A DNA stretch of 64,000 bases, taken from positions 762,387-826,386 of the forward strand of contig CAWFGQ010000001.1 in NCBI GenBank assembly GCA_963815485.1. Direction: 5' to 3'. The number at the start of each line of letters is the position of its first letter. Position 1 is the first letter of the stretch. This stretch comes from an uncultured Acidobacteriaceae bacterium. GTDB taxonomy: Bacteria; Acidobacteriota; Terriglobia; Terriglobales; Acidobacteriaceae. A program made the translations under genes and the position numbers. The notes beneath the pieces were generated by a model. The model ran no database searches, was not told the DNA's origin, and worked only from the letters and a program-made list of their open reading frames with translations. Shown one piece after another: positions 1 through 10,090 of the stretch.

Positions 1-330
1 TATGAGCATGTAGTCGGGTTTGGTCTGAAGGCTGCGCTCCCAGAGGCCCTGTTCGCGGAAGGTTTTGGTGCTGGCTCCGCCTTTGGCCATGTTGACGCAA
101 TCGACTTTCGCGATGAGGTTGGCGCAGAAACCGCGACCGTAGCCGGCGTTGTTGGTCTGAGTTGAGTCGCCGATGAGCTCGATGCGGATCGTGGTGCCGG
201 GAGCGCGAGTTGCCGCAGTTGTGGGATCGAAGGCTTTTGGCGGATCGCCCTGTGCCAGTGCTGCGATTGCGGTGATCGTGGCAAATACAAGCGATGTAGC
301 GATGCGACTGGACCTGATGGAACGTGGCAT
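1..330 (-). CDS. SGNH/GDSL-family hydrolase (rhamnogalacturonan-acetylesterase-like), 5' part only; gene continues beyond the window start
   Basis: Own minus-strand translation from the ATG at complement 328-330 gives MPRSIRSSRIATSLVFATITAIAALAQGDPP...IRIELIGDSTQTNNAGYGRGFC... It has a signal-peptide-like N-terminus followed by the block-I GDS motif. It is absent from the ORF track because there is no stop codon inside the window. Confidence 0.6.
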   Translation of the reverse strand, partial: MPRSIRSSRIATSLVFATITAIAALAQGDPPKAFDPTTAATRAPGTTIRIELIGDSTQTNNAGYGRGFCANLIAKVDCVNMAKGGASTKTFREQGLWERSLQTKPDYMLI

Positions 331-425
331 GCGGAATTTTTCCCCGAGAAAAATCTTACTGCAAAGACGTGGCAAAGTGGCTTGACCACGTTTGAGGTTG
401 ACAGGGTTGGTGCGGAGGCGAAGAC

Positions 426-2312
426 TTGATGGGGGCGCACTTAAGGTTTATGAAGACAGGGATTGCTGAGAAGAGTGTTGTTGAGACCGCCGTCGCGACG
501 CCTCCCACTACGAATAAACACCTGATCCGCTGGGTGGAGAAGATGGCGGATCTGACGCAGCCGGACCGGATTCACTGGATCGATGGGTCGCAGGCAGAAT
601 ATGACTTTTTGTGCGATCAACTGGTCAAGGCGGGAACTTTTACGAAGCTGAACGATAAGCTTTGGCCAGGGTGTTTTCTGGCGCGGTCAGCTCCGAATGA
701 TGTGGCTCGGGTGGAGGACAGGACGTTTATCTGTTCGCTCGCGAAGGATACGGCGGGGCCCACCAACAATTGGGAAGACCCATATGTGATGCGGAGAAAG
801 TTGAAGCAGCTTTTTCGCGGGTCGATGCGCGGGCGGACGATGTATGTGCTGCCGTACTCGATGGGGCCGATTGGCGGGCCGATGTCACAGATTGGAGTGC
901 AGCTTACGGATTCGGCCTATGCCGTGGTGAATATGCGGATCATGGCGCGGATCGGGGCTCCTGTATTTGCGGAGATCGATAAGGACGAGAAGCGCGTAGT
1001 GCCGTGCATGCACACGGTGGGGGCTCCGCTGGCGCCGGGGGAGAAAGATGTGCCGTGGCCTTGCAATGATGAGAAGTACATTGTGCATTTTCCGGAGACG
1101 CGCGAGATTTGGTCGTATGGGTCGGGGTATGGCGGCAATGCGCTGTTGGGGAAGAAGTGCTTTGCGCTGAGAATTGCTTCGAACATTGCTCGGGATGAGG
1201 GTTGGATGGCCGAGCATATGTTGATTGTTGGTGTGGAATCGCCTGCGGACAAGAACGGTAAGACGGAAAAGACTTATGTTGCGGCGGCGTTTCCTTCGGC
1301 TTGCGGGAAGACGAATTTTGCGATGATGATTCCGCCGGCAGGGTTTGAGGGGTGGAAGGTCTGGACGGTTGGGGACGATATCGCGTGGATCAAGCCTGAT
1401 GAGAGTGGGCAGTTGAGGGCGATCAATCCTGAGGCAGGTTTCTTTGGAGTGGCTCCGGGGACGAGCGCGAAGACGAATCCGAATGCAATGGCTACGCTGG
1501 CTAAGAACACTATTTTTACCAATGTAGCGCTGACTCCCGAGGGCGGGGTGTGGTGGGAGGGGATGACGGACACTCCTCCTGCGGAAGTGATTGATTGGCG
1601 CGGGAAGAAGTGGACTCCTGCGATTGCAAAGGAGACGGGGGCTACGGCGTCGCATCCGAATGGACGGTTTACCGCGCCAGCGAATCAATGCCCGACGATC
1701 GATCCTGACTGGGAGAAGCCGGAGGGCGTGCCGATCTCGGCGTTTATTTTCGGGGGGCGGCGGGCCACGACTATGCCATTGGTTTATCAGGCGTTTAACT
1801 GGTCTGCGGGAATTTATGTCGGGGCGACGATGGGATCGGAAACTACGGCTGCTGCGGGTGTGCCTGTGGGCAAGGTGCGACGCGATCCGATGGCTATGCT
1901 GCCGTTCTGCGGGTATCACATGGGGGACTATTTCCGGCATTGGCTGAAGATGCAGAGAAACCTCTCGGCTACGCCGAGGGTGTTTCATGTGAACTGGTTC
2001 CGGAAGGGTGCGGATGGGAAGTTTCTGTGGCCTGGGTATGGCGAGAACATGCGTGTTTTGAAATGGATCGTCGATCGGGTGCGCGGGCGGGCCCTGGGTA
2101 AGGAGTCGCCGATCGGGTGGACTCCGCACTTTGAGGACATCAATTGGAAGGGGCTTGCGTTCCCACAGGCGACGTTTGATGAGCTACAGACAGTGGACCG
2201 TGCGCAGTGGAAGCAGGAGGTTATGGGGCATGAAGAGTTGTTTATTCTGCTGCATGACCATCTGCCGCCAGAGATGATTTATGAGCGGGAGTTGCTGATC
2301 TGCCGGTTGTAA
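426..2312 (+). CDS. pckG: phosphoenolpyruvate carboxykinase (GTP)
   Basis: 628-aa ORF with GTP-PEPCK blocks [24 protein letters not shown] and [14 protein letters not shown]. The true start is probably the ATG at 429 or 450. Confidence 0.95.
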   Translation: MMGAHLRFMKTGIAEKSVVETAVATPPTTNKHLIRWVEKMADLTQPDRIHWIDGSQAEYDFLCDQLVKAGTFTKLNDKLWPGCFLARSAPNDVARVEDRTFICSLAKDTAGPTNNWEDPYVMRRKLKQLFRGSMRGRTMYVLPYSMGPIGGPMSQIGVQLTDSAYAVVNMRIMARIGAPVFAEIDKDEKRVVPCMHTVGAPLAPGEKDVPWPCNDEKYIVHFPETREIWSYGSGYGGNALLGKKCFALRIASNIARDEGWMAEHMLIVGVESPADKNGKTEKTYVAAAFPSACGKTNFAMMIPPAGFEGWKVWTVGDDIAWIKPDESGQLRAINPEAGFFGVAPGTSAKTNPNAMATLAKNTIFTNVALTPEGGVWWEGMTDTPPAEVIDWRGKKWTPAIAKETGATASHPNGRFTAPANQCPTIDPDWEKPEGVPISAFIFGGRRATTMPLVYQAFNWSAGIYVGATMGSETTAAAGVPVGKVRRDPMAMLPFCGYHMGDYFRHWLKMQRNLSATPRVFHVNWFRKGADGKFLWPGYGENMRVLKWIVDRVRGRALGKESPIGWTPHFEDINWKGLAFPQATFDELQTVDRAQWKQEVMGHEELFILLHDHLPPEMIYERELLICRL

Positions 2313-2551
2313 CCAACATATTTTTTTCTGCGCGGTGATTGCCCTTGTTTTTCAAGGGGGTGTCGCGATTTTGTGCGGGAAAAACGTGGTCGTTACGTGG
2401 TGCTTAAGTGCAAAACTGTGGTCGTTCCATGGTTGTTATGTGGCGTTTAATGAGCGTTGAAAATTTTCCGCTTTTTTGAGATTTTTTTTGGTTGGACCTG
2501 TTCTGCGGAGCCGGCTTCGAGTCGCAAGGACCTGTCGCGCGTGTGGTGCGC

Positions 2552-2586
2552 AAAAAAGTGAGCCCGCTCGATGGGAGCGGGCTCAC
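2552..2586 (-). terminator. intrinsic terminator of the 2610-3275 gene
   Basis: 12-bp perfect stem GTGAGCCCGCTC / GAGCGGGCTCAC (2558-2569 and 2575-2586) with a 5-nt loop. On the minus strand it is followed by a T6 run (A6 at 2552-2557 on plus). Confidence 0.75.
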
Positions 2587-2609
2587 TTCACCTCCGCCGT
2601 TCGAACTAG

Positions 2610-3275
2610 TTAGTTCCGGGTGGTTCCGGTCTGTTCATCGAGGATGACACGTTCTGCGGCGATGGGCTTACGGTCTAACGGATCGGTCGAGTAACGGCGA
2701 TCCGGAACTGTGTCGACAGGGACTACTGTTTCGCGCTCGACTGCCTTGGTGCTGGAACCGGCCTCACCGGTGGAGGAGATGTCGCTGGCGTCGGTTTCTT
2801 TCAATGCTTTCTTGGCGATGTCGATTTGATCGGAGGTGTCGCAGTGAACGGAGAGCAGAATTCCGCCTCCCTTGACGGCTCCCTCGTAACGTTTCGCCTC
2901 GTACTCTGGAATGCCCATGCCTACAAGGGCGCCTAGGAGACCACCGATGGCTCCGCCTGCTCCGAGTCCTGCAAGTGCGGCCACGATGGGACCAGCGGCG
3001 ATGAGCGGGCCAACGCCGGGGATGGCGAGAGCGCCGATGCCAGCCAGAAGGCCAAGAGTGCCGCCAACGACGCCTCCCGTGGTCGCGCCTGCGGTGGTTC
3101 CTTCGGGTGCCTTGGTGCTCTTCTGATGAGCGAAGGCGCGGGTGGTTTCGTCGTCGGGAAGAAGAACAGAGATGGCCGAGTTGGAGAAGCCGCGAGCGAT
3201 CAGGTGATCGACTGCTGCTTCCGCGGTACCTGGGGTTGCATAGATTCCGAAGACTGCTGTGTTTTTGCTGGACAT
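2610..3275 (-). CDS. YflT/general-stress-protein-like protein with a central glycine-zipper membrane segment
   Basis: 221 aa. The N-terminus VFGIYATPGTAEAAVDHLIARGF resembles a YflT-type domain. It is followed by a Gly/Ala-rich hydrophobic stretch (GGVVGGTLGLLAGIGALAIPGVGPLIAAGPIVAALAGLGAGGAIGGLLGALVGMG) and then EYEAKRYEGAVKGGGILLSV. Confidence 0.6.
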   Translation of the reverse strand: MSSKNTAVFGIYATPGTAEAAVDHLIARGFSNSAISVLLPDDETTRAFAHQKSTKAPEGTTAGATTGGVVGGTLGLLAGIGALAIPGVGPLIAAGPIVAALAGLGAGGAIGGLLGALVGMGIPEYEAKRYEGAVKGGGILLSVHCDTSDQIDIAKKALKETDASDISSTGEAGSSTKAVERETVVPVDTVPDRRYSTDPLDRKPIAAERVILDEQTGTTRN

Positions 3276-3328
3276 CGAATGACTCCTTTGCTGCCGTTGG
3301 CAGTTCTTTCTTGGGGACCGCTTTTTCT

Positions 3329-3718
3329 TTACTGCTTGACCGTGAGTTCGTTGACGATCTTTTCCGGAGGAACGACGGACGCGGCGAGGGAAGCAACTTT
3401 CTGCTTCTCGTCTTCGGTCTGGACGGGGCCCTTGAGAGTTACCTGACCGTTGACGGTGATGACTTTGATGTTGTGCGCGTAGGTCGAAAGATCTTTCTCG
3501 CCGACGATGGCTTTACGAATCTTCGCGGTGGTTTGCCGATCCGCCTTTGAGTTTGCCTGGTTGTCGGCTGTTTCTGTGGAGGCCTTGTTCTGGCTGGTGT
3601 TGTCAGGCGCCTGGATGCCTGACGGTGCTGCCAGAGCTGGTTTGGGGATGAAGGTTGATGTGAGACACAGAGCCGCTGTCGCGGCGAATGCCACGTTTCG
3701 CAAACTTGAGAACGACAT
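3329..3718 (-). CDS. BON-domain periplasmic stress protein (OsmY-like)
   Basis: 129 aa with a signal peptide (MSFSSLRNVAFAATAALCLTSTFIPKPALA). The single C-terminal BON-like block is IRKAIVGEKDLSTYAHNIKVITVNGQVTLKGPVQTEDEKQKV. It lies 53 nt upstream of the YflT-like gene on the same strand. Confidence 0.7.
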   Translation of the reverse strand: MSFSSLRNVAFAATAALCLTSTFIPKPALAAPSGIQAPDNTSQNKASTETADNQANSKADRQTTAKIRKAIVGEKDLSTYAHNIKVITVNGQVTLKGPVQTEDEKQKVASLAASVVPPEKIVNELTVKQ

Positions 3719-3940
3719 AGTTTTGGACCTCTCGCGGCGAGCTGACGATCCCGCGTTTCTCGTGCTGAGACGGGCTTATGCGACTTGCGTTTCGCCCCGC
3801 ACCTCAATACCAGTAGCTGTGATGGCATCGCGTGAGAGGGAGTTGTCTCCGGAGAAAAACGTGCTTAGCAAACGTGTTTTTCTTCGGCATCCGTGAAGGC
3901 GTGCCCTTTCAAAACAAGGCATAGCGATCTTCTGAGCTTC

Positions 3941-5599
3941 TTAGTTCTCGTCCTTTTTTTCTTCGTCGGAGGATTTTGCTTCGCCGGGTTTGGCGTCGGG
4001 TTTTCCTTCGATGATAGGGGGGACCGGGGTGTCTGCGGTGAGGGTTGGGCGGCGTTTGTGCCAGTCGGTTGCCTGCTGGTAGGCGTAGGCGAGGGCGAGG
4101 ACTTTGCCTTCGGCGAAGTGGGGGCCTGCAATCATCAGGCCGATGGGCATTCCCTCTTTTGTGAAGCCGCAGGGGACCGAGATGGCGGGGATGCCGTAGG
4201 CGTCGAAGGGCGAGGTGTTGGTACAGCCGCCGCCGGGGGCGAACCAGTCGTAGACCTTGTTGTCGCCCGATTCGCCGGTAGGGCTGGCTTTGGCTTCGCG
4301 AGCGAGCGAGTCGTTGATCTTTGCGGGATTCTGGCGGGTGGTGGGGACGACGACGAGGTCGAAGTTGGTGAAGTGCGAGTCGATGAGGCGGCGCGTAGTG
4401 GCGAGAAGCTGATGGTCGCGTGCGGCATCTGCCGCGGTGGCCGGCTTGGTTCCGGCGGGCGGATTGTCGATGCGAGCAAAACGCGAGCGATCGATCGGCA
4501 TGTAGTTGAGGCCGTACTTCTCGATGAGGTCGTGGTGGTAGAAGTCGGTGTCGCCGACACCATTGCCGGGAAGACCGTCCCAGAGGGGTGCGCTGGAGGT
4601 GATGCCTGCGGTGAGGCCGGTGAGAACTTCGAGCGCGGCTTTAACGGCTTTCTCGATGTCGGGTTCAACGTGATCGTAGAAGCTGGCGGGCGTGCCGAGC
4701 CTGAAGCTCTTGACGGGCTGATGCATCTCCTTGACGTAGTCGACCGGAGTGCTAGGAACGCTGAAGATGTCGAGTGGGTCGTAGCCAGCCATCTGGCCGA
4801 GCATGAGGGCGCAGTCTTCGACTGTGCGCGCCATGGGGCCGCAGTGATCGACTGAGGCACGGCAGGGGATGATGCCGCGAATGGAGACGAGACCCATGGT
4901 TGGCTTGAGCCCTACGGTTCCGCACCACGCGGAGGGACAACGTATGCTGCCTCCGGTGTCGGTTCCTAATGCGCCAAAGACGAGATCTGCGGAGAGAGCT
5001 GCGGCGGAGCCTGAGGACGATCCGCCGGTGACGTGATCGAGCGCCCATGGGTTGCGCGCGGGACCGAAGTAGGAGATGTCGCCGGTACAGCCGAGCGCGA
5101 ATTCGTGGAGATTCATCTTGCCCATGATGACCGCGCCACTCTTTTTCAGGCGCACGACGATGTCTGCGTCCTCTGTGGGGACGCGGTCTCTGAACATTGG
5201 GCTTGCGGCGGTTGTGCGAGTGCCTGCCGTGTCGATGTTGTCTTTGAGGCCGATGGGGATTCCGTGGAGCGGGCCGCGGAATTTGCCTGCCTTCTGCTCC
5301 TCGTCAAGGATGGCGGCCTGGGCGAGAGCTTCTTTGCCCATGACGGTGATGTAGCAGTTCACTTTGGGGTTGTAGATGTTGATGCGGTCGAGCAGGGCTT
5401 TGACGAGTTGCGTTGAGGTGACGGTGCGTGCGTGGATTCTCTCGGAGACTTCGGTGAGATTGAGAGTTGTGAGGTCTTCGTTGTCCGCTGATGCTTTTCC
5501 TGTTGCCTTGGCCAAGGCGGGCCATGCTGCGGTGAAGGTCTCTGCCAGGAGAGCTGTGCCAATTAGTCCATTGAAACCGCGCCGTGTCAGTTTGCTCAT
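3941..5599 (-). CDS. amidase-signature (AS) family amidase, Tat-exported
   Basis: 552 aa with the AS motif GGSSSGSAAALS and a GLKPT block. The N-terminus is twin-arginine-like (MSKLTRRGFNGLIGTALLA...ALA). The C-terminal tail is K/E/D-rich. Confidence 0.85.
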   Translation of the reverse strand: MSKLTRRGFNGLIGTALLAETFTAAWPALAKATGKASADNEDLTTLNLTEVSERIHARTVTSTQLVKALLDRINIYNPKVNCYITVMGKEALAQAAILDEEQKAGKFRGPLHGIPIGLKDNIDTAGTRTTAASPMFRDRVPTEDADIVVRLKKSGAVIMGKMNLHEFALGCTGDISYFGPARNPWALDHVTGGSSSGSAAALSADLVFGALGTDTGGSIRCPSAWCGTVGLKPTMGLVSIRGIIPCRASVDHCGPMARTVEDCALMLGQMAGYDPLDIFSVPSTPVDYVKEMHQPVKSFRLGTPASFYDHVEPDIEKAVKAALEVLTGLTAGITSSAPLWDGLPGNGVGDTDFYHHDLIEKYGLNYMPIDRSRFARIDNPPAGTKPATAADAARDHQLLATTRRLIDSHFTNFDLVVVPTTRQNPAKINDSLAREAKASPTGESGDNKVYDWFAPGGGCTNTSPFDAYGIPAISVPCGFTKEGMPIGLMIAGPHFAEGKVLALAYAYQQATDWHKRRPTLTADTPVPPIIEGKPDAKPGEAKSSDEEKKDEN

Positions 5600-5785
5600 C
5601 GATCCCCTCGTCGTTAAAAATTGTATGACGACAGCGCCGCTGGAGACGGTTGCGGGAGTGCAGACACGTCAGTCCGACGGCTTGCTTCAGTTCAAGAAAA
5701 AATAAAAGGATTTTGCCGGATCATATCATCGAATCGGCGAAGTACGACACGATCCTTTGAGTGGCGGGGAAGCTTGCAGACCTCA

Positions 5786-5839
5786 GGGGCTAAAGCCCCG
5801 TTACTCCGAGAACACTTACGGCACGGCTGAAGCCGTGCC
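5786..5839. repeat. REP-like intergenic element with two short GC-rich hairpins
   Basis: The two hairpins are GGGGCTAAAGCCCC (5786-5799) and GGCACGGCT-GA-AGCCGTGCC (5820-5839). They lie between the TonB-dependent receptor stop and the amidase start. Confidence 0.5.
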
Positions 5840-5972
5840 CTTAAGCAAGACGGCTTCTTGTTGTAAGAAGTCAGGCATGAACTCAGAACACAAATTGTAT
5901 AGGCGTGGATTCAGAAGGCGGTTTGGGCAGATATGAATTTCAGATTGGCCTGGCTGGGTGAGGGAAAAGAAA

Positions 5973-6023
5973 ATCGAGTTGTGGCTTGAAGTTTGAAGTT
6001 CGAAGTTCAAGCCACAACTCGAT
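5973..6023 (-). terminator. intrinsic terminator of the TonB-dependent receptor gene
   Basis: 18-bp perfect inverted repeat ATCGAGTTGTGGCTTGAA / TTCAAGCCACAACTCGAT (5973-5990 and 6006-6023). On the minus strand it is followed by TTTTCTTTTCCC. It lies 18 nt after the stop at 6041. Confidence 0.75.
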
Positions 6024-6040
6024 GGGTGATTCGATCGGGA

Positions 6041-9000
6041 TCAGAAGGAGAATCTGGCTCCGAATTCTCCGGTGAAGGAGCGTGGGACTACGGTGCTGGA
6101 GGGGTTGATGAAGCCGAGAGGCTTGAGGAAGCTGGTGGCGGCGTCGGAGACGTTGACGTCGTAGTTGGGGCCGTAGTTCGCGCGGTTGGTGATGTTGAAG
6201 GCCTGATAGAAGAGAGCCAGGCTGAAACGCTCGCCAAAGCCGATGGTCTTGCCGATACGGGCGTCGAACTGGAGGAATGGCGTGCTGACGGAGTAGTTGG
6301 AGTTGTAACCGACCTCGCGGCATGAACCTGCGGCGAGACAGTTGCGATAGTAGGTGGCGAGGGTGGTCTTACCGGTGGTGTCGGCGGCGACGGCTGCCTT
6401 GGCTGCGGCGAGATAGCTCACATAACCCTGAGTATTCTCCTGAGCTCCGGCGAGAATTGCGGCGTGGGGATTGCTGCGGCCGGAGCCTACTCCCCAGAGA
6501 TCGGCGGTGGATTCGACGATGCTGAGCGGACGGGCCGAGGCAGTGACGAGGATGGGCGAGATCTCAATACGCCATCGGAGAGCGAAGGTTCCGGCGGCGA
6601 CGAAGTGATGACGCTCGTCGTTAGGGGCGGTGCCGTGGTCGGGCTGACGGAACTCGCCGAGGAATTGATTGGTGGAGGCGTTGCGGAAGGCGGCGGGATT
6701 GCCCTCGAAGGCGAGAGCTTTGCCATAGGTGTAGTTCAGGATGGCGCTGAAGTGGTGAACCATGCTTTGCCGGTAGCTGATGTCGAGCGCATCGTAGTAG
6801 GAGCGGCCAATCGATTTTTCAACACCGAAGCGGCCGAGGACAGGAACACCGGCGGCTGCGAATGCAGCGGAGAAGGGCCGAATGCCTCCGTTGAAGTATT
6901 CGGTTGGATTGATGTTGACGGTCTTGTCTTCGTGGATGCCACGCGCCTGCACGTACTCGACCTCGATAACGCCATGGTTGGTGATGGCATACTGCATGCC
7001 AGCATTAATCTGCTGGGTATATGGATTGCGAAAGCCGGGATCCATCATGCGTCCGGTGGAGCCGGGAGCGAGATTGGGACCAGCGGGCGGGATGACCGGG
7101 AAAGGATCGATCAAGTAACGATAGTTGCTGAGCAGGATGTTGGTGCCGGGGACAACGTTGGAGGGAGCGCAGGCCTTGTCGGTGGGACCATTGCAGTTGA
7201 TGGTGTAGGTGTTCGCGAAGACCAGAGCGTTTGACTGCTGAATCATGAAGAGAGGAATGTTTTCGAAGGTCTGCCCGAAGTAGAGACCGTAGCCTCCGCG
7301 AATCACGAAGCGGCCGTTGCCGGAGACATCGAAGGAGAAGCCTACGCGCGGACTGAAGGCGAGATTGTCATTCTCCGGAAGCGTGGTGTAGTTGCCTCCG
7401 AGGAAGCCGAGGTTGGGCACATAGCCAACACCTGTTGGAGGCGTCTGCGTTGTCGGGACTGTCGGGACATTGGTTTTGGAGGCGGCGACAACCTCCTGGA
7501 AGGTGCGGCTGTTGGCCTGTTTTTTGAGTCCGTAGAGATCGAAGTCCTTATCGTAACGGAGACCCAGATTGAGGAGAAGGCGAGAGCTGGCGCGCCAGTC
7601 GTCTTCAAAGTAGATTCCGAGCATCTTGGGAGTGAGATTGAAGCTTGGATCGCCGGAGGTGCCGGTGGATCCCTGGATGGCACCGGCGGAAGAGAAGCCA
7701 AGGGGGTAGAGCGTTTTGTTGCCCAGGATGGTGGAGGCCGTGGCGAAGTAGTCGAACTCCGGAGTCGGATTGTTCTCGAAGAAGCCGCCGAGTTGTGGCT
7801 GGTAGAGGTAATCCACACCAGCGCGCAGAGTGTGTTTGCCGATCATGTGGGAGAAGTCGTCGCGGAACTGGAATTTGTGCTGGCTGGATTTCTGCGGAAC
7901 GTTGATGTTGGTGCCGAAGCTGACACCATCCGGGAAGGTGAAGTACGGCTTGCGAATTGTTGAGTCGATGAGATTGTTCCAGTACTGAAAGCCGCCGGTG
8001 AAGTTGTTGATGGTCCTTGGAGTAAAGACTGAGGTGAGGACGAGATTGGTGAGGATGAGGTCGTTGATGGTGAAGTTGCCCTCTGTTGCGTCGACCTGAG
8101 CGGTGGACTGGTCGTTGTTGCTCTTGTTGTCCTGCGCAGAGTAGGCGACGAAGATCTTTTCCTTGTCGTTGAAGACGTGATCGAGTCGGCCGTTGTAACG
8201 TTTTTCGTCAAACGGCGTGGGGATAGTGTGGATCGGCACAGCGCCCAGTGGAATGGCGAGGGTGAGTTCCTGGTAGGCGAGATCGGTGACGGCCAGTTGC
8301 GAGCGCTCGCGGAGGGCCTCGTAGGCGAAGAAGCCGAAGTCCTTGTCTTTGCGGATGTGTCCGCCGAAGGCACCGCCGTACTGCTGACGGCTGTAGTCGG
8401 GCTTGGGCTGGTTGGCCTGTTCGCTGATGGCGTTGTTGGTCTGGAGGGCCTGGCTGCGGAAGAAGCCGTAGAGCGCGCCGTGATACTTGTTGGTTCCGGA
8501 TTTGGTAACGATGTTGAGGGCTGCGCCTTCGCTGCGTCCGTTTTCTGCAGAGAAGCGATTGGTGCTGATCTTAAACTCTTCGACGGCTTCGAGGGGGAGT
8601 TGCTGAACTGCGCCGCCGACAGTGTTGTCCTTGTTGTCGATTCCGTTGACGGTGGTGTTGGTGTTGCGTCCGCTGGAACCGTTGACTGCGTAGACCGCAT
8701 AACGATTTTTAGTTGGGTCGTAGCTGTCGACGATCTTGACGCCGGGCGCGAGGATGGCGAGGTTCGCGATGTCACGGCCGTTCAAGGGAAGGTCGACGAT
8801 CTGTTGGGGAGTGACGGCGGCTGAGCTGTCGGTCTTTTCAGTATCGAGGAGCTGGTTGTTGGCTATGACTTCGATAGAGGAGTTGACGACTCCGGCGCGC
8901 ATGGGGAGATTTGCGGTGAAGGTGGTGCCGATGAGGAGCTGGATGTCCTTGATCTCGGCGGAACTGAAGCCAGCGGCTTCGGCTTTGACGTCATAAACGC

Positions 9001-9232
9001 CTCCGGGCAGGAGATCAAAACGATATTGACCGGAGGTGTTGGAGGTGAGGGTTCGGGTGGCATTGGTGCCTTTGTTGGTGACGGTAACCGTGGCGTTGGG
9101 CAGGGCCGCGCCGGTGGCATCGACGACGATTCCGACAATGCTTCCGGTTGCTGTCGCCTGGGCTAAGAGTTGATTAGCGGCCAGGATGAGGGCGAGAACG
9201 ATGAAGATAGAACGCCGAAACATTGTCTGCAT
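6041..9232 (-). CDS. TonB-dependent outer-membrane receptor with an N-terminal carboxypeptidase-regulatory-like domain
   Basis: About 1060 aa with signal peptide MQTMFRRSIFIVLALILAANQLLAQ. The CarboxypepD_reg-like block is GSIVGIVVDATGAALPNATVTVTNKGTNATRTLTSNTSGQYRFDLLPGGVYDVKAEAAGF. The body is a long beta-barrel ending in the aromatic ...GARFSF. The ORF track extends the frame to 9274. Confidence 0.85.
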   Translation of the reverse strand: MQTMFRRSIFIVLALILAANQLLAQATATGSIVGIVVDATGAALPNATVTVTNKGTNATRTLTSNTSGQYRFDLLPGGVYDVKAEAAGFSSAEIKDIQLLIGTTFTANLPMRAGVVNSSIEVIANNQLLDTEKTDSSAAVTPQQIVDLPLNGRDIANLAILAPGVKIVDSYDPTKNRYAVYAVNGSSGRNTNTTVNGIDNKDNTVGGAVQQLPLEAVEEFKISTNRFSAENGRSEGAALNIVTKSGTNKYHGALYGFFRSQALQTNNAISEQANQPKPDYSRQQYGGAFGGHIRKDKDFGFFAYEALRERSQLAVTDLAYQELTLAIPLGAVPIHTIPTPFDEKRYNGRLDHVFNDKEKIFVAYSAQDNKSNNDQSTAQVDATEGNFTINDLILTNLVLTSVFTPRTINNFTGGFQYWNNLIDSTIRKPYFTFPDGVSFGTNINVPQKSSQHKFQFRDDFSHMIGKHTLRAGVDYLYQPQLGGFFENNPTPEFDYFATASTILGNKTLYPLGFSSAGAIQGSTGTSGDPSFNLTPKMLGIYFEDDWRASSRLLLNLGLRYDKDFDLYGLKKQANSRTFQEVVAASKTNVPTVPTTQTPPTGVGYVPNLGFLGGNYTTLPENDNLAFSPRVGFSFDVSGNGRFVIRGGYGLYFGQTFENIPLFMIQQSNALVFANTYTINCNGPTDKACAPSNVVPGTNILLSNYRYLIDPFPVIPPAGPNLAPGSTGRMMDPGFRNPYTQQINAGMQYAITNHGVIEVEYVQARGIHEDKTVNINPTEYFNGGIRPFSAAFAAAGVPVLGRFGVEKSIGRSYYDALDISYRQSMVHHFSAILNYTYGKALAFEGNPAAFRNASTNQFLGEFRQPDHGTAPNDERHHFVAAGTFALRWRIEISPILVTASARPLSIVESTADLWGVGSGRSNPHAAILAGAQENTQGYVSYLAAAKAAVAADTTGKTTLATYYRNCLAAGSCREVGYNSNYSVSTPFLQFDARIGKTIGFGERFSLALFYQAFNITNRANYGPNYDVNVSDAATSFLKPLGFINPSSTVVPRSFTGEFGARFSF

Positions 9233-9535
9233 ATATGCCTCCACTCGAAAGAAGACGCGAACAAAACACTCCACACGAACTTGCGGTGTGAGTGAAAAGG
9301 TGGATTCTGTTCAGCTGATAAAACTGTCGCGTGCTCGGAACTCTATGCCCAATGGGAACTTACACAAGCTCGATCATGGGACACGGCTACGAAAAACCGT
9401 GACGAAATGCTGATTTCAGAGGATGATCGGCGGGTGAAGGCGAAACCGCAACTGGGTTAACTGACAGTTTTAGAGCCGGGAAAAATATGTCGAGCGGAAA
9501 CGAGCCTCGGGCGTCTGTCTGATTAGAAGGGCCTT

Positions 9536-10090
9536 ATGGCGTTGGTCGAGGGTTGGAGTTTGGCGTTGTCTTCCATCGAGGGTGTGGGGTCGGAGATGGA
9601 CCTTGCAGCCGTGGTGGAGAGTTACTCTTCCCTGCTGTTTCGAGTAGTTCATTCAGTGCTCCGCAACCAGGCGGAGACTGAGGATGTGGTGCAGGATGCC
9701 TTTGTGCGCGTGCTGGAACATCGGCGGCGGTTGCCAGAGGTTCGGGAGATGCGGGTGTGGCTGGTTCGGATTGCGTGGAACCTGGCGCTGGATCGACGGC
9801 GGAGGATCAGGCCGGAACAGTTTGATGAAGGGTTCTCCGAGGGGTTGGTTTCGCGCGACCTGCCGGCGGATGAGGTGTTGAACGAGGCTCGGCGGATGAA
9901 GGCTGTGTTGCGGGAGATGGAGCGATTGCCACGGGCAGAACGGGATGTGTTGACGCTGTCGGCGATTGAAGAGTTGGGGATGGGGGAGATGGCGGAGGTT
10001 TTGGGACGAAGCGAGAGTGCGGTGCGGGCTCTGTTGTTTCGCGCGAGAACGCGGCTGCGGGAGCGGCTGGGGGAGGGACAAAGAGGATGA
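9536..10090 (+). CDS. ECF (group 4) sigma-70 family RNA polymerase sigma factor
   Basis: 184 aa. Region 2 blocks are EDVVQDAFVRVL and WLVRIAWNLALDRRRR. The region 4 helix-turn-helix is ERDVLTLSAIEELGMGEMAEVLGRSESAVRALLFRARTRLRERL. Confidence 0.9.
   Translation: MALVEGWSLALSSIEGVGSEMDLAAVVESYSSLLFRVVHSVLRNQAETEDVVQDAFVRVLEHRRRLPEVREMRVWLVRIAWNLALDRRRRIRPEQFDEGFSEGLVSRDLPADEVLNEARRMKAVLREMERLPRAERDVLTLSAIEELGMGEMAEVLGRSESAVRALLFRARTRLRERLGEGQRG

Noticed and set aside
885-2129. 414-aa minus-strand ORF inside pckG.
   Set aside because: It is an antisense shadow of pckG. Its R/P/H/S-rich translation has no recognisable domain, while the plus-strand frame carries all the PEPCK motifs.
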